Assembly (NCBI GenBank): GCA_963823335.1
Contig: CAWGLD010000001.1
Span: 992,001 to 1,056,000, forward strand
Direction: 5' to 3'
Source: an uncultured delta proteobacterium
Lineage (GTDB): Bacteria > Desulfobacterota > Desulfobacteria > Desulfobacterales > B30-G6
Length of the DNA stretch: 64,000 bases
Shown: positions 1 through 9,653 of the stretch, one piece after another
Layout of the letters: every line of letters starts with the position of its first letter
Numbering within the stretch: position 1 is the stretch's first letter
Program-made: the position numbers and the translations under genes
Notes under the pieces: model-generated
Databases searched by the model: none
The model's input: only the letters and a program-made list of their open reading frames with translations
What the model was told of the DNA's origin: nothing

Positions 1-602
1 CTCCAATGAAGTTAGGGCGTGAAGCCAATATATTCAATACCGATTTGAGTTATTACCATATCAGGCATGCAATCAAGACGGGTGATCCAAAATTGTTTTA
101 TGGAACATTTGAATTTTTTCCTGAAGAGGGCAAATATCATATCGATGGTCATCGGAAGTGTGAGCATCGTTCATGGCCGGCAGAAACGATTCAGAAAAAA
201 AGAATTTGTCCCGTGTGCGGAAAGGCCATGACACTTGGTGTTTCATATCGGGTGGAACAACTGGCAGATCGTCCCCCTGGGGCGCATCCTGAGAGGCATC
301 ATCCTTTTTATCACCTCATTCCGCTCAATGAAATTCTGTCGGAACTACTGAGTGTCGGACCCAATACCAAAAAGGTCAATAAGGTATATCATGCATTGTT
401 AATGCAAAAAGGATCTGAATTAAAAATACTGCATGAACTTCCGATAGAATTGCTGACGCATGGGGAAGTGCCTTTATTGGGCGAGGCGATCAGACGGATG
501 CGTAAAAAAGAAGTCCAGATCGTTCCAGGATATGACGGCGCGTTCGGGACGATTCAATTGTTTACATCCCGGGAAAAAGAAAAAATGAGCGGACACGTAT
601 GA
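1..602 (+). CDS. Endonuclease Q family / PHP-related protein, C-terminal part (5' end lies outside the window)
   Basis: KLGREAN, PEEGKYHxDGHRxC, CPVCGK..GVxxRVxxLADR and PGYDGxFG motifs. The ORF-track Met is probably internal because the frame is open to the window edge. Confidence 0.8.
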   Translation, partial: PMKLGREANIFNTDLSYYHIRHAIKTGDPKLFYGTFEFFPEEGKYHIDGHRKCEHRSWPAETIQKKRICPVCGKAMTLGVSYRVEQLADRPPGAHPERHHPFYHLIPLNEILSELLSVGPNTKKVNKVYHALLMQKGSELKILHELPIELLTHGEVPLLGEAIRRMRKKEVQIVPGYDGAFGTIQLFTSREKEKMSGHV

Positions 603-1180
603 GTCTTGCGATTCTAATCAGAAAAATGGGTATATTTTTTGCCGTTCTGTTTCTTTTCGTAACAGTGCCGATTGTTTCGGCGGATATCTACATGTTTATC
701 GACAGCCAAGGGGTGCTGCATTTCACCAATGCACCGACATCGTCTCAATACACGCTGTATATCAAGGAACGACCAAAACCAGCGGAGACAACAAAAAAAT
801 ATGATGGAATCATTCAGGAAGCCTCCAACAGGTTTGGTCTGTCGTTTTCACTCATAAAGGCGATCATAAAAGTGGAGTCTGATTTTGATTCACGGGCTGT
901 TTCCAAAAAGGGAGCCCTTGGTTTGATGCAGATTATGCCCCAGAACCTGCAGGCATTCAATATTCAGGACCCGTATGATCCAAGGGACAACATTCTGGGG
1001 GGTGTGCGCTATTTCAAAAATCTTATAGAACGGTTTGAAGGGAAACTGCCCCTGGCCTTGGCTGCCTACAATGCCGGCCCGACCATCGTGGATAAACACA
1101 GGAAGATTCCGCCCATCCAGGAGACGGAAGATTATGTCAAAAAAGTTATGAAGTATTTTTATCTATACAAAAACAGCTGA
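599..1180 (+). CDS. SLT-family lytic transglycosylase with N-terminal DUF4124-like domain
   Basis: Signal peptide, IYMFIDSQGVLHFTN, catalytic VES, GALGLMQIMP, AAYNAG and ETxxYV motifs. Confidence 0.9.
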   Translation: MSLAILIRKMGIFFAVLFLFVTVPIVSADIYMFIDSQGVLHFTNAPTSSQYTLYIKERPKPAETTKKYDGIIQEASNRFGLSFSLIKAIIKVESDFDSRAVSKKGALGLMQIMPQNLQAFNIQDPYDPRDNILGGVRYFKNLIERFEGKLPLALAAYNAGPTIVDKHRKIPPIQETEDYVKKVMKYFYLYKNS

Positions 1181-1216
1181 TAATAACCAAAGCGGATGAA
1201 CCGCAACAGCAAGCGC

Positions 1217-1248
1217 ATTCCCCGCATCAAGCTACGAAGTTCTTCAAT
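1217..1248. repeat. Degenerate copy of a short palindromic intergenic repeat
   Basis: ATTCCCCGCATCAAGCTACGAAGTTCTTCAAT resembles 18711-18744 ATTCCCTGCAGCTTGCGGCAGGGAATTCTTCAAT. Confidence 0.4.
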
Positions 1249-1299
1249 GAGAAAAAAATACCCTCCCCTGTCACATGTACAGTCGAACCGAAGGAGATG

Positions 1300-2211
1300 T
1301 TATGCGGGTATCGGACAAACCGACAGAACCGGGCAGGGGCCCTGGCGGGAAACCCGGTCGGTGGTCGAGCCGGTCATAAGTACCTCGATGAGGTTGCGCC
1401 CACGGATGCCGAGAATGATGAGATCGATTGAATTTAACAGGGAGTATTTGATAAGTTCTTCGTAGGGCCTGCCCGCCAGAAGGCTCGTTTTTGGACGACA
1501 CCAGAGAACGGATTCCTCAGGAATCATTTTGGAGAGCTTTTCACTCAACTGGTGATACAATGTCTTTTCGGATGAACCGCCAGGGGCCGCACCCGATTTC
1601 AGTATGCCCTTGTAACTTGGCGTTTCTATCACATGGACCAGATGCAGTTCTGACTCGAAATCCTGAGCAAGGCTTAAACCATATTGAAAAGCAAGTTCGG
1701 AAAAAGTTGAAAAATCACATCCCACGAGTATTTTCTTAAAACCCAGTGAAAACCCACCCAAAAAAGCGTCAATATCTTCGTGGCTTCTGACGATAAGCAA
1801 CGGACAGGGCAGAATTCTCATCAACCGTTCAGTGACCGATCCCAGAAAAACACGCTTAAGCCCACTGCGACCGTGGGTTGCCGAAACAACCAGGTCTATC
1901 TGATGCATGGCCACAAATTTCGATATTTCATCCGGGGGATGCCCTGCGGTAACCAGTGGTTCCCAATCAATGGTTTGATTCTGCATCATCCGCTTAAGCT
2001 GTTCATGGGTATATCCGATGGTTTTGTTTTGAAGCTCCAGGGGAGCAAAAATAATATCTCCATAGGCTGCCGTGGTGCTTAAATCCACAATATGGCAGAC
2101 ATAGAGCTTGGCATTGAACTCTTTTGCCAAAGCAACGCCGGAGGATATGGCAATGGTGGAAAGGTCAGACAGGTCTGTGGCACATAGAATGTTATTGAAA
2201 TTGATTTTCAT
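1300..2211 (-). CDS. Universal stress protein, tandem USP domains
   Basis: Two USP repeats (ILCATDLS..THGRSG..GSVTE; ILVGCDFS..GIRGRN..GSTTD). Start moved to ATG 2211, which has AGGAG upstream. Confidence 0.92.
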   Translation of the reverse strand: MKINFNNILCATDLSDLSTIAISSGVALAKEFNAKLYVCHIVDLSTTAAYGDIIFAPLELQNKTIGYTHEQLKRMMQNQTIDWEPLVTAGHPPDEISKFVAMHQIDLVVSATHGRSGLKRVFLGSVTERLMRILPCPLLIVRSHEDIDAFLGGFSLGFKKILVGCDFSTFSELAFQYGLSLAQDFESELHLVHVIETPSYKGILKSGAAPGGSSEKTLYHQLSEKLSKMIPEESVLWCRPKTSLLAGRPYEELIKYSLLNSIDLIILGIRGRNLIEVLMTGSTTDRVSRQGPCPVLSVCPIPA

Positions 2212-2461
2212 GATAGGCCTCTCCTTTTGGATATTGTGGCCAAACAAGGTGAAGAGAAAAACTATCAGAGGTGATGCTCGCGTACAGCATGAGAATGAAT
2301 ACCATACCCATCTGGATTCAACGAACGCGAAATGAACAATCCGCAACCATTTTAGGTGTGTTGATAATGGCTCAAGTAGAAACTGAACTATAAATGTTTT
2401 AAAAAGGATTGTCCAATAAAATCGAAGGAACGATCTTTAAAGAACACAACCATGCTGCTCC

Positions 2462-3838
2462 TTAGACGACCAGATTCTGATGGATCCTGCTTCCCGATGG
2501 TATGATGACAGGCGATTTCCCTGGGTTTGTAATCGTTACCTGGCCTGTGATGGTGACATCTTGCTCAAAAAAAACATTCCCTTCAATATTCAGCGAGATA
2601 CAGTCAACAAGGCTGGGGGGCCATTGCAGTCGAAGGTTAAAACTATCGATATGAGCGAAATATGCAGGATCCAGGGTAATCTTTGGGGGGGGGGGTATTT
2701 TTCTTTTCGGGTTTATCATGAGGCAATAGTCTTTGGTCAGCAGATAACAATCCGAACGTATTGCAAGCAGGTCCTGACATTTTTTTACCGGCAAGAACCG
2801 GTTTTCCGAAACACGGACAGCTGTGGATCCTTGAAACAGGGAAATGGCGGCACCCATGGCGGTTTCTATCTGAAAGACTTTAGGGCTGTCTGTCTGTCTG
2901 GGGTTCACGGTTTTGGGGTTGACGATTATAGGGAGGTATAGATGCTTGTTTGTGTCGAAAAAGGCCTGCAGATATTTGAGGTTGACCCAAAGATTATTTG
3001 TGTTGAAATACCGGTACCGCTGGATATCCTGAAACGCAGCAATTTCGGTTTTTGGACACTGGGCAATTTCCCGCAGGACCAGCGGACCGTTTTTAAACCT
3101 GGCAAGGTGCCCACCTTTTAAGTCGGCAGGGGTTCTTTCTGCCACCTCCATCATAAATGAATGGCCATGAATCGAAAAAAAACCCAAAAGCGCTTCATCC
3201 AGTGTTGCACCCAGATTATCTGAGTTGGCTATAAAAGCATATTCGATACCACTGTCCAATAATTTTTTTAGTAGACCGGATGAATAAAGAGCCAGATAAA
3301 TATCACCATGACCAGGAGGGTTCCATTCCAACTCGGGGTTGTCCGGCCACTGAACCGGCTTCAGATTAGATGCAAGCACTTTCGGGAATTTGTTTTGGAT
3401 AAAATATAGAGGCTTAAAAAGAGGACTAAGCGCCGCGGCCGACGAGACTGTGTCCTGATGGGTATTGTAACTGTTCATGAAGGCCAGTTGCGCACCGCAA
3501 TGTTCGGCCTGTTTCAGTTTGATTTCGAGGAAGGTTTTTCCCCCTTTGACAGAAATAAGGGATTTTGCCTTGGTAAGCCCCATACTGGTGCCGAGGCCGC
3601 CGTTTAGAACGATGGCCACCGTCTTTTTCATGACATTCCGGCCGGCGTCTGAATAAGCCCTTAGGTCGTTGGTGTCGGCAAGGTCTTCAGGAGAGAGGGG
3701 TTGAATGTCGGCATCTGACAAAAGTCCGGCCTCTCCTGAGACAAGCTGCCGGTAATAATGAGAAAAGGTTTCAATAACCAGCGGAGGCAGGTCTTCCTTT
3801 TCCATTTTCGATATAAAAGCATCCAGAGGAGTCGTCAT
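2462..3838 (-). CDS. UTP--glucose-1-phosphate uridylyltransferase, eukaryote-type (UDPGP family, not GalU)
   Basis: LNGGLGTSMG..KS, WNPPGHGD, NSDNLG, FNTNNLW and RFLPVK motifs, plus C-terminal left-handed beta-helix. Confidence 0.9.
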   Translation of the reverse strand: MTTPLDAFISKMEKEDLPPLVIETFSHYYRQLVSGEAGLLSDADIQPLSPEDLADTNDLRAYSDAGRNVMKKTVAIVLNGGLGTSMGLTKAKSLISVKGGKTFLEIKLKQAEHCGAQLAFMNSYNTHQDTVSSAAALSPLFKPLYFIQNKFPKVLASNLKPVQWPDNPELEWNPPGHGDIYLALYSSGLLKKLLDSGIEYAFIANSDNLGATLDEALLGFFSIHGHSFMMEVAERTPADLKGGHLARFKNGPLVLREIAQCPKTEIAAFQDIQRYRYFNTNNLWVNLKYLQAFFDTNKHLYLPIIVNPKTVNPRQTDSPKVFQIETAMGAAISLFQGSTAVRVSENRFLPVKKCQDLLAIRSDCYLLTKDYCLMINPKRKIPPPPKITLDPAYFAHIDSFNLRLQWPPSLVDCISLNIEGNVFFEQDVTITGQVTITNPGKSPVIIPSGSRIHQNLVV

Positions 3839-3859
3839 ATAAAACAAGGCCGTGATTTT

Positions 3860-4924
3860 TCAGCAAACCGGTTCGATCCACCCCATGATATCTTCGGTCT
3901 TGCCGTACTGTATATCCTGAATGGCGTCAAAAAGGCGCTTCGCCACGGGCCCAACGCCGCCGTCACCGATGGAGATGATGTGATTTCCGTACTTGAGCTC
4001 GCCTACGGGAGAAACAACCGCCGCCGTTCCGGAACCGAAGATTTCCGTCAATTTGCCCGAATTCTGGGCAGCCATGACTTCATCGATGCTGATTTTTCTT
4101 TCCGAAACCTTCATTCCCCAGTGCTCAGCCAACATGATGACGGAATTGCGGGTTATGCCGGGCAGAATGCTCCCGCTGAGCATGGGCGTGATGATTTCAT
4201 TATCGATAACGAAGAAAATGTTCATGGATCCGACTTCCTCGATATATTTCCGATCCACTCCGTCCAGCCAGAGAACCTGGGTGTAGCCCTCGTCGTGGGC
4301 TTTGTTTCCGGCCAGCAGACTGGCCGCATAATTACCAGGTGTCTTGGCTTCACCAACGCCACCCCGAACGGCCCGAACATGATCCTTGGAAACCAGGATT
4401 TTTACCGGGTTGAATCCTTCTGGATAATAGGCACCTACCGGTGACAAAATGATAAAAAAACGGTAGGTAAAGGAAGCGCGTACTCCCAGGAAGGGGTCTG
4501 TGGATACAATCGTGGGTCGGATATAAAGACTTGTGCCGGGCTGACTCGGTACCCAGTCTTTTTCAAGAACCAACAATTGCTTGAGAGCATCCAGCGCTGC
4601 TGCCTCGTCATGATCGGGAATACAGAGCATCCTGGAAGAGCGGTTCAGGCGGTTGAAATTGTCCAGGGGTCTGAAAAGCTGAATCCCACCCGAGCCGGTC
4701 CGGTAAGCCTTCATCCCTTCAAACACCGCCTGACCGTAGTGTAGCACCATGGTCGAAGGGTCCATGGATATGGGACCGTAGGGCTCGATTCTAGGGCTGT
4801 GCCACCCTTTCTCAATACTGTAATCCATATTGAACATATGGTCGGTGAATATGGTGCCGAAGCCGAGCTTGGTCTGATCCGGTTTGGGCTTCAGCGTTTC
4901 CGCCCGGGTGATGGTTGGTTGCAT
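3860..4924 (-). CDS. ilvE: Branched-chain amino acid aminotransferase
   Basis: LHYGQAVFEGMKAY, YIRP, AKTPGNYA (PLP Lys), ILPGITR and GSGTAAVVSPVG motifs. Confidence 0.95.
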   Translation of the reverse strand: MQPTITRAETLKPKPDQTKLGFGTIFTDHMFNMDYSIEKGWHSPRIEPYGPISMDPSTMVLHYGQAVFEGMKAYRTGSGGIQLFRPLDNFNRLNRSSRMLCIPDHDEAAALDALKQLLVLEKDWVPSQPGTSLYIRPTIVSTDPFLGVRASFTYRFFIILSPVGAYYPEGFNPVKILVSKDHVRAVRGGVGEAKTPGNYAASLLAGNKAHDEGYTQVLWLDGVDRKYIEEVGSMNIFFVIDNEIITPMLSGSILPGITRNSVIMLAEHWGMKVSERKISIDEVMAAQNSGKLTEIFGSGTAAVVSPVGELKYGNHIISIGDGGVGPVAKRLFDAIQDIQYGKTEDIMGWIEPVC

Positions 4925-5140
4925 TATATCCTCCTTCTTGATTGTAAAGTAGCTTCTCTGCTATTCACATAACACATATTTGCTTTAAATCAAGCGGATT
5001 GTCTATTCTCAATCTTAACAGCGCAGGCCTGTTATCATCCGACAATCGGTATGAAAAGAGATTTTGAAAGTACAAAATCACAACATGCTGTTTTGGTGTC
5101 CGCAGAGTAAGGCCCACAAAACACGGACCTGTTTTTTAAT

Positions 5141-5168
5141 TTGACAAAAAATTGTCCCAAGATATAGT
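5141..5168 (+). promoter_or_regulatory. sigma70-type promoter for the first ABC operon
   Basis: TTGACA-16 nt-TATAGT about 200 nt upstream of the binding-protein start. Confidence 0.55.
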
Positions 5169-5185
5169 AGATGATAATCAATTAG
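5167..5185. promoter_or_regulatory. Possible Fur-like operator
   Basis: GTAGATGATAATCAATTAG matches GATAATGATAATCATTATC at 12 of 19 positions and overlaps the predicted transcription start. Confidence 0.3.
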
Positions 5186-5366
5186 ATCCCAAACTTTAAA
5201 AACTTCTGTGGTTTCAGTTATTCTGCACGACAATTGTTAAAAACCGTCAAGGGGAATTGGCGAATGATCCTGATTGCTTCAAGGTTCCGAACAATTTCTC
5301 AGCGCTAGCTCTCGACTTGGTTCCCGTTTCTGAACTATGCCCAACAAAAAGAAAAGGAGGTTCATC

Positions 5367-6668
5367 ATGAGGAAGAGAAATTCTGCAAAAAAATTTTTCG
5401 TTGCTCTGTCCATGGTACTTTTGCTTTTGGCAATGTTCTTGCCGGAAGCACTGGCGGCGGACAAGGTTGGATGGGTCGGTCCTGTTTACACAGAGCTGGC
5501 CGAAAGCCTGACCAGGGGTTTTAAGGATTATTATAAAAAAACCTATAACAAGGACGTGGACATCACATTTGTAAATCCGGGAGGATGGCCGGTCTGTCTT
5601 GACAAAGTCAGACTGTGGGGAGGCAAACCGGATGCCGATATTTTCCTGGGCGCCGGCGCGCCGGCACATGAACTTGCAAAGAAAGAGGGACTCATCGTCC
5701 CCTACAAGCCCAAGGACTGGGACATGGTACCTGCCGAGTGGGGCGGGATGAAGGTCAAGGATGCAGATTACTATTGGACCTGTTTCGCACCCTGGATCGT
5801 CACCAATCTGTACAATGAAAAGGTTCTGAGTAAACTGAGACTGCCGCCTCCGAAAACATGGAACGATTTACTCGATCCCATTTACAGAGGGAACATCGTG
5901 CACACCTTGCCTTATGCTTCCGGTACCATGCATGAGGCGATAGAAATTCTCATCCAGGGCTTTGGAGAAAAGGAAGCCTGGAAATATCTGAGGCTGTTGG
6001 CTGCTCAATTGGCACGCTTTTCCACCGGCAGCACCGATACAACCCAATTGGTGGGTCGCGGCGAGATTCCCATCGGGATTGCGCAGCCGCAAATGAACGC
6101 CATGGCCGCCCGCAAGGACGGCTATCCAGTCCGGGATCTGCTGCCGGAAAAAACCATCCTGGTTCCGGAAGCGGTGGCGCTGTTGAAAGGTGCGCCCAAT
6201 GAAGCCACGGCAAAGATTTTTCTGGACTGGCTGTTCAGTATGGAAGGACAAAAATACGTTTTGGAGGGCCGGTATTTTGCAGCCAGAACGGACATCAAGT
6301 TCTCCGAGTGGGAAAAAGAGGGTGTCGAAATGGCCTCACACGCCAAGAAGGCCCTGGGAGTCGATTCTTTCTGGGATCTTAAAGTCGGGTTCATTGAATA
6401 CGACCTGGATCTTGCAGCCTCGAGATGGGATGAGGTCAACAAGAAATATGAGTATGAAATTTACCGCAAGTGGGGTGAGCTGAAAAGCAGCCTCTTCCTG
6501 ATTGAAGAGGTCGAAGGAGAAGTGGACGCCGCCAAGGCAGCGAAAATGGATGTGGCCAAGGCGGAAGCAAAAATAAAAGAAGCCAGAGCGCTTTTTGAAT
6601 ATGAAGGCAATTATGCGGCCGCGCGATTGGCGGCATCAAAAGCACGCGCGCTGCTGGTCTCTCCCTAA
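5367..6668 (+). CDS. ABC transporter substrate-binding protein (FbpA/AfuA-like) with helical C-terminal extension
   Basis: Signal peptide, ADIFLG, PKTWNDLLDP, AKIFLDWLFSMEGQ. AGGAGG precedes ATG 5367. Confidence 0.85.
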   Translation: MRKRNSAKKFFVALSMVLLLLAMFLPEALAADKVGWVGPVYTELAESLTRGFKDYYKKTYNKDVDITFVNPGGWPVCLDKVRLWGGKPDADIFLGAGAPAHELAKKEGLIVPYKPKDWDMVPAEWGGMKVKDADYYWTCFAPWIVTNLYNEKVLSKLRLPPPKTWNDLLDPIYRGNIVHTLPYASGTMHEAIEILIQGFGEKEAWKYLRLLAAQLARFSTGSTDTTQLVGRGEIPIGIAQPQMNAMAARKDGYPVRDLLPEKTILVPEAVALLKGAPNEATAKIFLDWLFSMEGQKYVLEGRYFAARTDIKFSEWEKEGVEMASHAKKALGVDSFWDLKVGFIEYDLDLAASRWDEVNKKYEYEIYRKWGELKSSLFLIEEVEGEVDAAKAAKMDVAKAEAKIKEARALFEYEGNYAAARLAASKARALLVSP

Positions 6669-6701
6669 CGTTTCCTTTGGCCAGGGAATTTTTCCCGATA
6701 G

Positions 6702-6737
6702 AACCGTGTGGGCAGGTGGGAGCGTGCCCACACGGTT
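6702..6737 (+). other. Intercistronic 13-bp hairpin after the binding-protein gene
   Basis: AACCGTGTGGGCA ... TGCCCACACGGTT perfect inverted repeat. Confidence 0.7.
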
Positions 6738-6762
6738 TCTGTATAACGGATAAGGATATGAT

Positions 6763-8439
6763 ATGAGGCGAGGCGACACCTATTTGGCGGTATTCCTGTG
6801 GCTGGTGGTTGCCTTTCTGGTGATTTTCCCCTTGTCGATTCTGGTGAAGGAAAGTTTTAAAATATCCGGATCGGCTGTCTGGGGCCTCGGCAACTACCTG
6901 GAATTTTTCCAGGACGCCTATTATTTAAAAACCTTTGGCAACACCTTGTTCCTGAGCACCTTGTTGCTGGTGACCACTACCGTTTTCGGGGTACCCCTGG
7001 CATATATTCTGGCGCGGTACCGGCACTGGGGAAAGACGATTTTTACAGCCCTGATTCTGTTGCCGATTGTGTTGCCGGCATTTGCCGGTGTTTTTGCCTT
7101 TATCATTTTTTTCGGCAAGTATGGCACGCTTAACCTGCTCCTGATGGACATGGGGCTGATAGAGCAGCCCATCAATTTCATCTATGGAATTCATGGCCTG
7201 GTTTTTATCCAGGCCCTGCACATGCTGCCGTTTATGGTTCTGGGTCTATCGGCTGGGTTCACCAACATTGACCCTTCGTTTGAAGAAGCCGCCGAGGTCG
7301 AGGGCGCAGGGGGATTTCGCAGGTTTTTCACCATCTCTTTGCCGCTTTGTACTCCCAGCTATCTGGCCGGTGCGGTGCTCGTGTTCTTGTGGCCGTTTAC
7401 GGACTGGCTGACACCCTTGATTTTGGGACAGGTGGATTTTTTACCTTCGGTTTCCTATATCAACATCGCCTATCACTTTACCGATGTACACCGCAAGCAT
7501 ATGGGAATTGTGGCGGTGGTTGTCTCTTCCATCTTTTGTATCTCTCTTTTTCTGATTGCAAGGTGGTGGGTTGAAAAGCGCAAATATACCGGGCTCTCCA
7601 AGGGGACAACCTCTGAGGGACGGGTAATCGAACCGGGCGTTTTGATGAAAACCAGCGCCTATGTGTATATGATTCTGGTGGCGGCGCTGGTCTTGTTGAT
7701 CCCCATCGTGCTCGGATTGGCGGCTTTTTCCAGGCGATGGGTGTTTGAAGCGTTTCCAAGCTATTGGACCCTCGAGAATTTCAGGGTAATTCTGCTGCAA
7801 AGTCCGGACTTGATTAAAAACTCATTTCTCTTCAGCGGGATTGCCTTGATTTTCGGGATCGTCTTCGGGCTTCCGGCAGCCTACATCATTGTACGCACCC
7901 GTGTTCCGGGCAAAGATGCGCTCGATTTTGTGATTACCCTGATGCTGGCTTTTCCGGGTATTGCGATCGGTGTAAGTTATCTGCTGGCCTTTTGGCAGAC
8001 GATTCCCATAGCCACTCATTGGATCATCATGCCCCTGGCCTTGTTTGCCAGGCGTCTACCTTATTTTTTACGGATGGCACACTCCTCCTATCTGCAACTG
8101 GACCCATCCCTTGAAGAAGCTTCCGAAGTGTCCGGTGCCGGTAAAATCAGAACCTTTTTCAGCATATCACTGCCCTTGTTGCTCAAAGGGGTGCTTGTGG
8201 GGGTGGTGATGTTTTTCATCATGGCTTTCCAGGAGATATCGACAGCGATATTCCTGTATCGGGGGGGATGGGAGACCTTGCCCATCGGTATATACTTGAA
8301 CTGGCATCGCGGCATGGAGTTTGGAATTGCTGCGGCCATGGCGTTTCTGATGATTGTGATCACCTTTATCCTCCTGCTGATCATTTCAAAAATCAGCGGG
8401 GGTGTCCTGAAAGCTGCCTGGGGTGCCGCTGAAAAGTAG
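6763..8439 (+). CDS. ABC permease, FbpB/AfuB-type with two fused domains
   Basis: About 12 hydrophobic segments and two EAA motifs (FEEAAEVEGA, LEEASEVSGA). Confidence 0.9.
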   Translation: MRRGDTYLAVFLWLVVAFLVIFPLSILVKESFKISGSAVWGLGNYLEFFQDAYYLKTFGNTLFLSTLLLVTTTVFGVPLAYILARYRHWGKTIFTALILLPIVLPAFAGVFAFIIFFGKYGTLNLLLMDMGLIEQPINFIYGIHGLVFIQALHMLPFMVLGLSAGFTNIDPSFEEAAEVEGAGGFRRFFTISLPLCTPSYLAGAVLVFLWPFTDWLTPLILGQVDFLPSVSYINIAYHFTDVHRKHMGIVAVVVSSIFCISLFLIARWWVEKRKYTGLSKGTTSEGRVIEPGVLMKTSAYVYMILVAALVLLIPIVLGLAAFSRRWVFEAFPSYWTLENFRVILLQSPDLIKNSFLFSGIALIFGIVFGLPAAYIIVRTRVPGKDALDFVITLMLAFPGIAIGVSYLLAFWQTIPIATHWIIMPLALFARRLPYFLRMAHSSYLQLDPSLEEASEVSGAGKIRTFFSISLPLLLKGVLVGVVMFFIMAFQEISTAIFLYRGGWETLPIGIYLNWHRGMEFGIAAAMAFLMIVITFILLLIISKISGGVLKAAWGAAEK

Positions 8440-8489
8440 CGCGTTTCGCAACGAATGGGTTTGGGCGAACCCTGAAGGAGATAGATTTC

Positions 8490-9560
8490 ATGGCCTATAT
8501 ACAAATCCAGAACTTGTTTAAGCGTTTCAAAAACACTGTAGCGGTGAACCGTATACAGCTCGGCGTGGAAAAGGGAGAAATGCTGACGCTTCTCGGGCCC
8601 AGCGGATGTGGAAAAACCACCACGCTACGATGCATCGCCGGATTGGAAAAGCCGGAGGAAGGGGATATCGTCATCGATGGCAAACCCATGCTGTCGGAAG
8701 GATTTGTTCAGCCGTCAAGGAGAGGCATCGGCATGGTATTCCAAAACTATGCTGTATGGCCGCACATGAAGGTTTTCAACAACGTCGCCTATGGCTTGAA
8801 ACTTCAGAAAAAATCCAAAAGCGAGATTCGGGAAAAAACACGGGACGTATTGGAGCTGGTGGGTCTGGGCGGCCTGGAAGATAGATACCCGTCACAGCTG
8901 AGCGGGGGACAGCAGCAAAGGGTAGCGCTGGCGCGAGCACTTGTCCGAAACCCCAAAGTCTTGCTGCTGGACGAGCCCTTGAGCAACCTGGATGCCAAAC
9001 TCCGGGAGGAGCTGAGATTTGAAATTAAAAGTCTGGTAAGACGCATGGGCATCACATCGGTTTATGTCACCCACGACCAAGCGGAAGCCATGGTAATTTC
9101 GGATCGAATTGCTGTCATGCATGCCGGAAATGTTGTCCAGATCGGTTCGGCCCAGGAGATATACGAACGGCCCGCCAATCGATTTGTAGCCGATTTCATC
9201 GGCACCATGAACTTTATCTCCGGAGAGGTCGTACAGGTATTTCCGGACAAGGAGCAAGCCAGCGTTCGCACTGATTTCAGTGATAACCTGCTGTGTATGA
9301 TGTCGGATGTATCGGAAATAACGCCCGGAAAAAAAGCGTATGCATCCATACGACCTGAGGATGTGGAAGTATTTATTGAACCACCCCAAGACAGACAGAA
9401 CCTGTTCAAGGGTACCATCGCCAACAAGGCCTATCTGGGTAACTTTCTGTACCTTTTTATCAGCGTGAACACCATAAAGGTGCGGGTGCAGATATCGCAT
9501 TATTTACCACTGGAAGAAGGGCAGGAGCTCTACCTGTTTTTAAATCCGCAAAAAATGTAA
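8490..9560 (+). CDS. ABC ATP-binding subunit (FbpC/PotA-like) with TOBE domain
   Basis: [23 protein letters not shown] and VTHDQ motifs. Confidence 0.93.
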   Translation: MAYIQIQNLFKRFKNTVAVNRIQLGVEKGEMLTLLGPSGCGKTTTLRCIAGLEKPEEGDIVIDGKPMLSEGFVQPSRRGIGMVFQNYAVWPHMKVFNNVAYGLKLQKKSKSEIREKTRDVLELVGLGGLEDRYPSQLSGGQQQRVALARALVRNPKVLLLDEPLSNLDAKLREELRFEIKSLVRRMGITSVYVTHDQAEAMVISDRIAVMHAGNVVQIGSAQEIYERPANRFVADFIGTMNFISGEVVQVFPDKEQASVRTDFSDNLLCMMSDVSEITPGKKAYASIRPEDVEVFIEPPQDRQNLFKGTIANKAYLGNFLYLFISVNTIKVRVQISHYLPLEEGQELYLFLNPQKM

Positions 9561-9653
9561 GCTCTTGTTTTGAATAATCAGAAAGAATTGTCGCAGATGA
9601 TCTGAGCGGTTGGTGTTGTAGCTCAATTTCCAGAACTCATAATGAGGCCGGTC

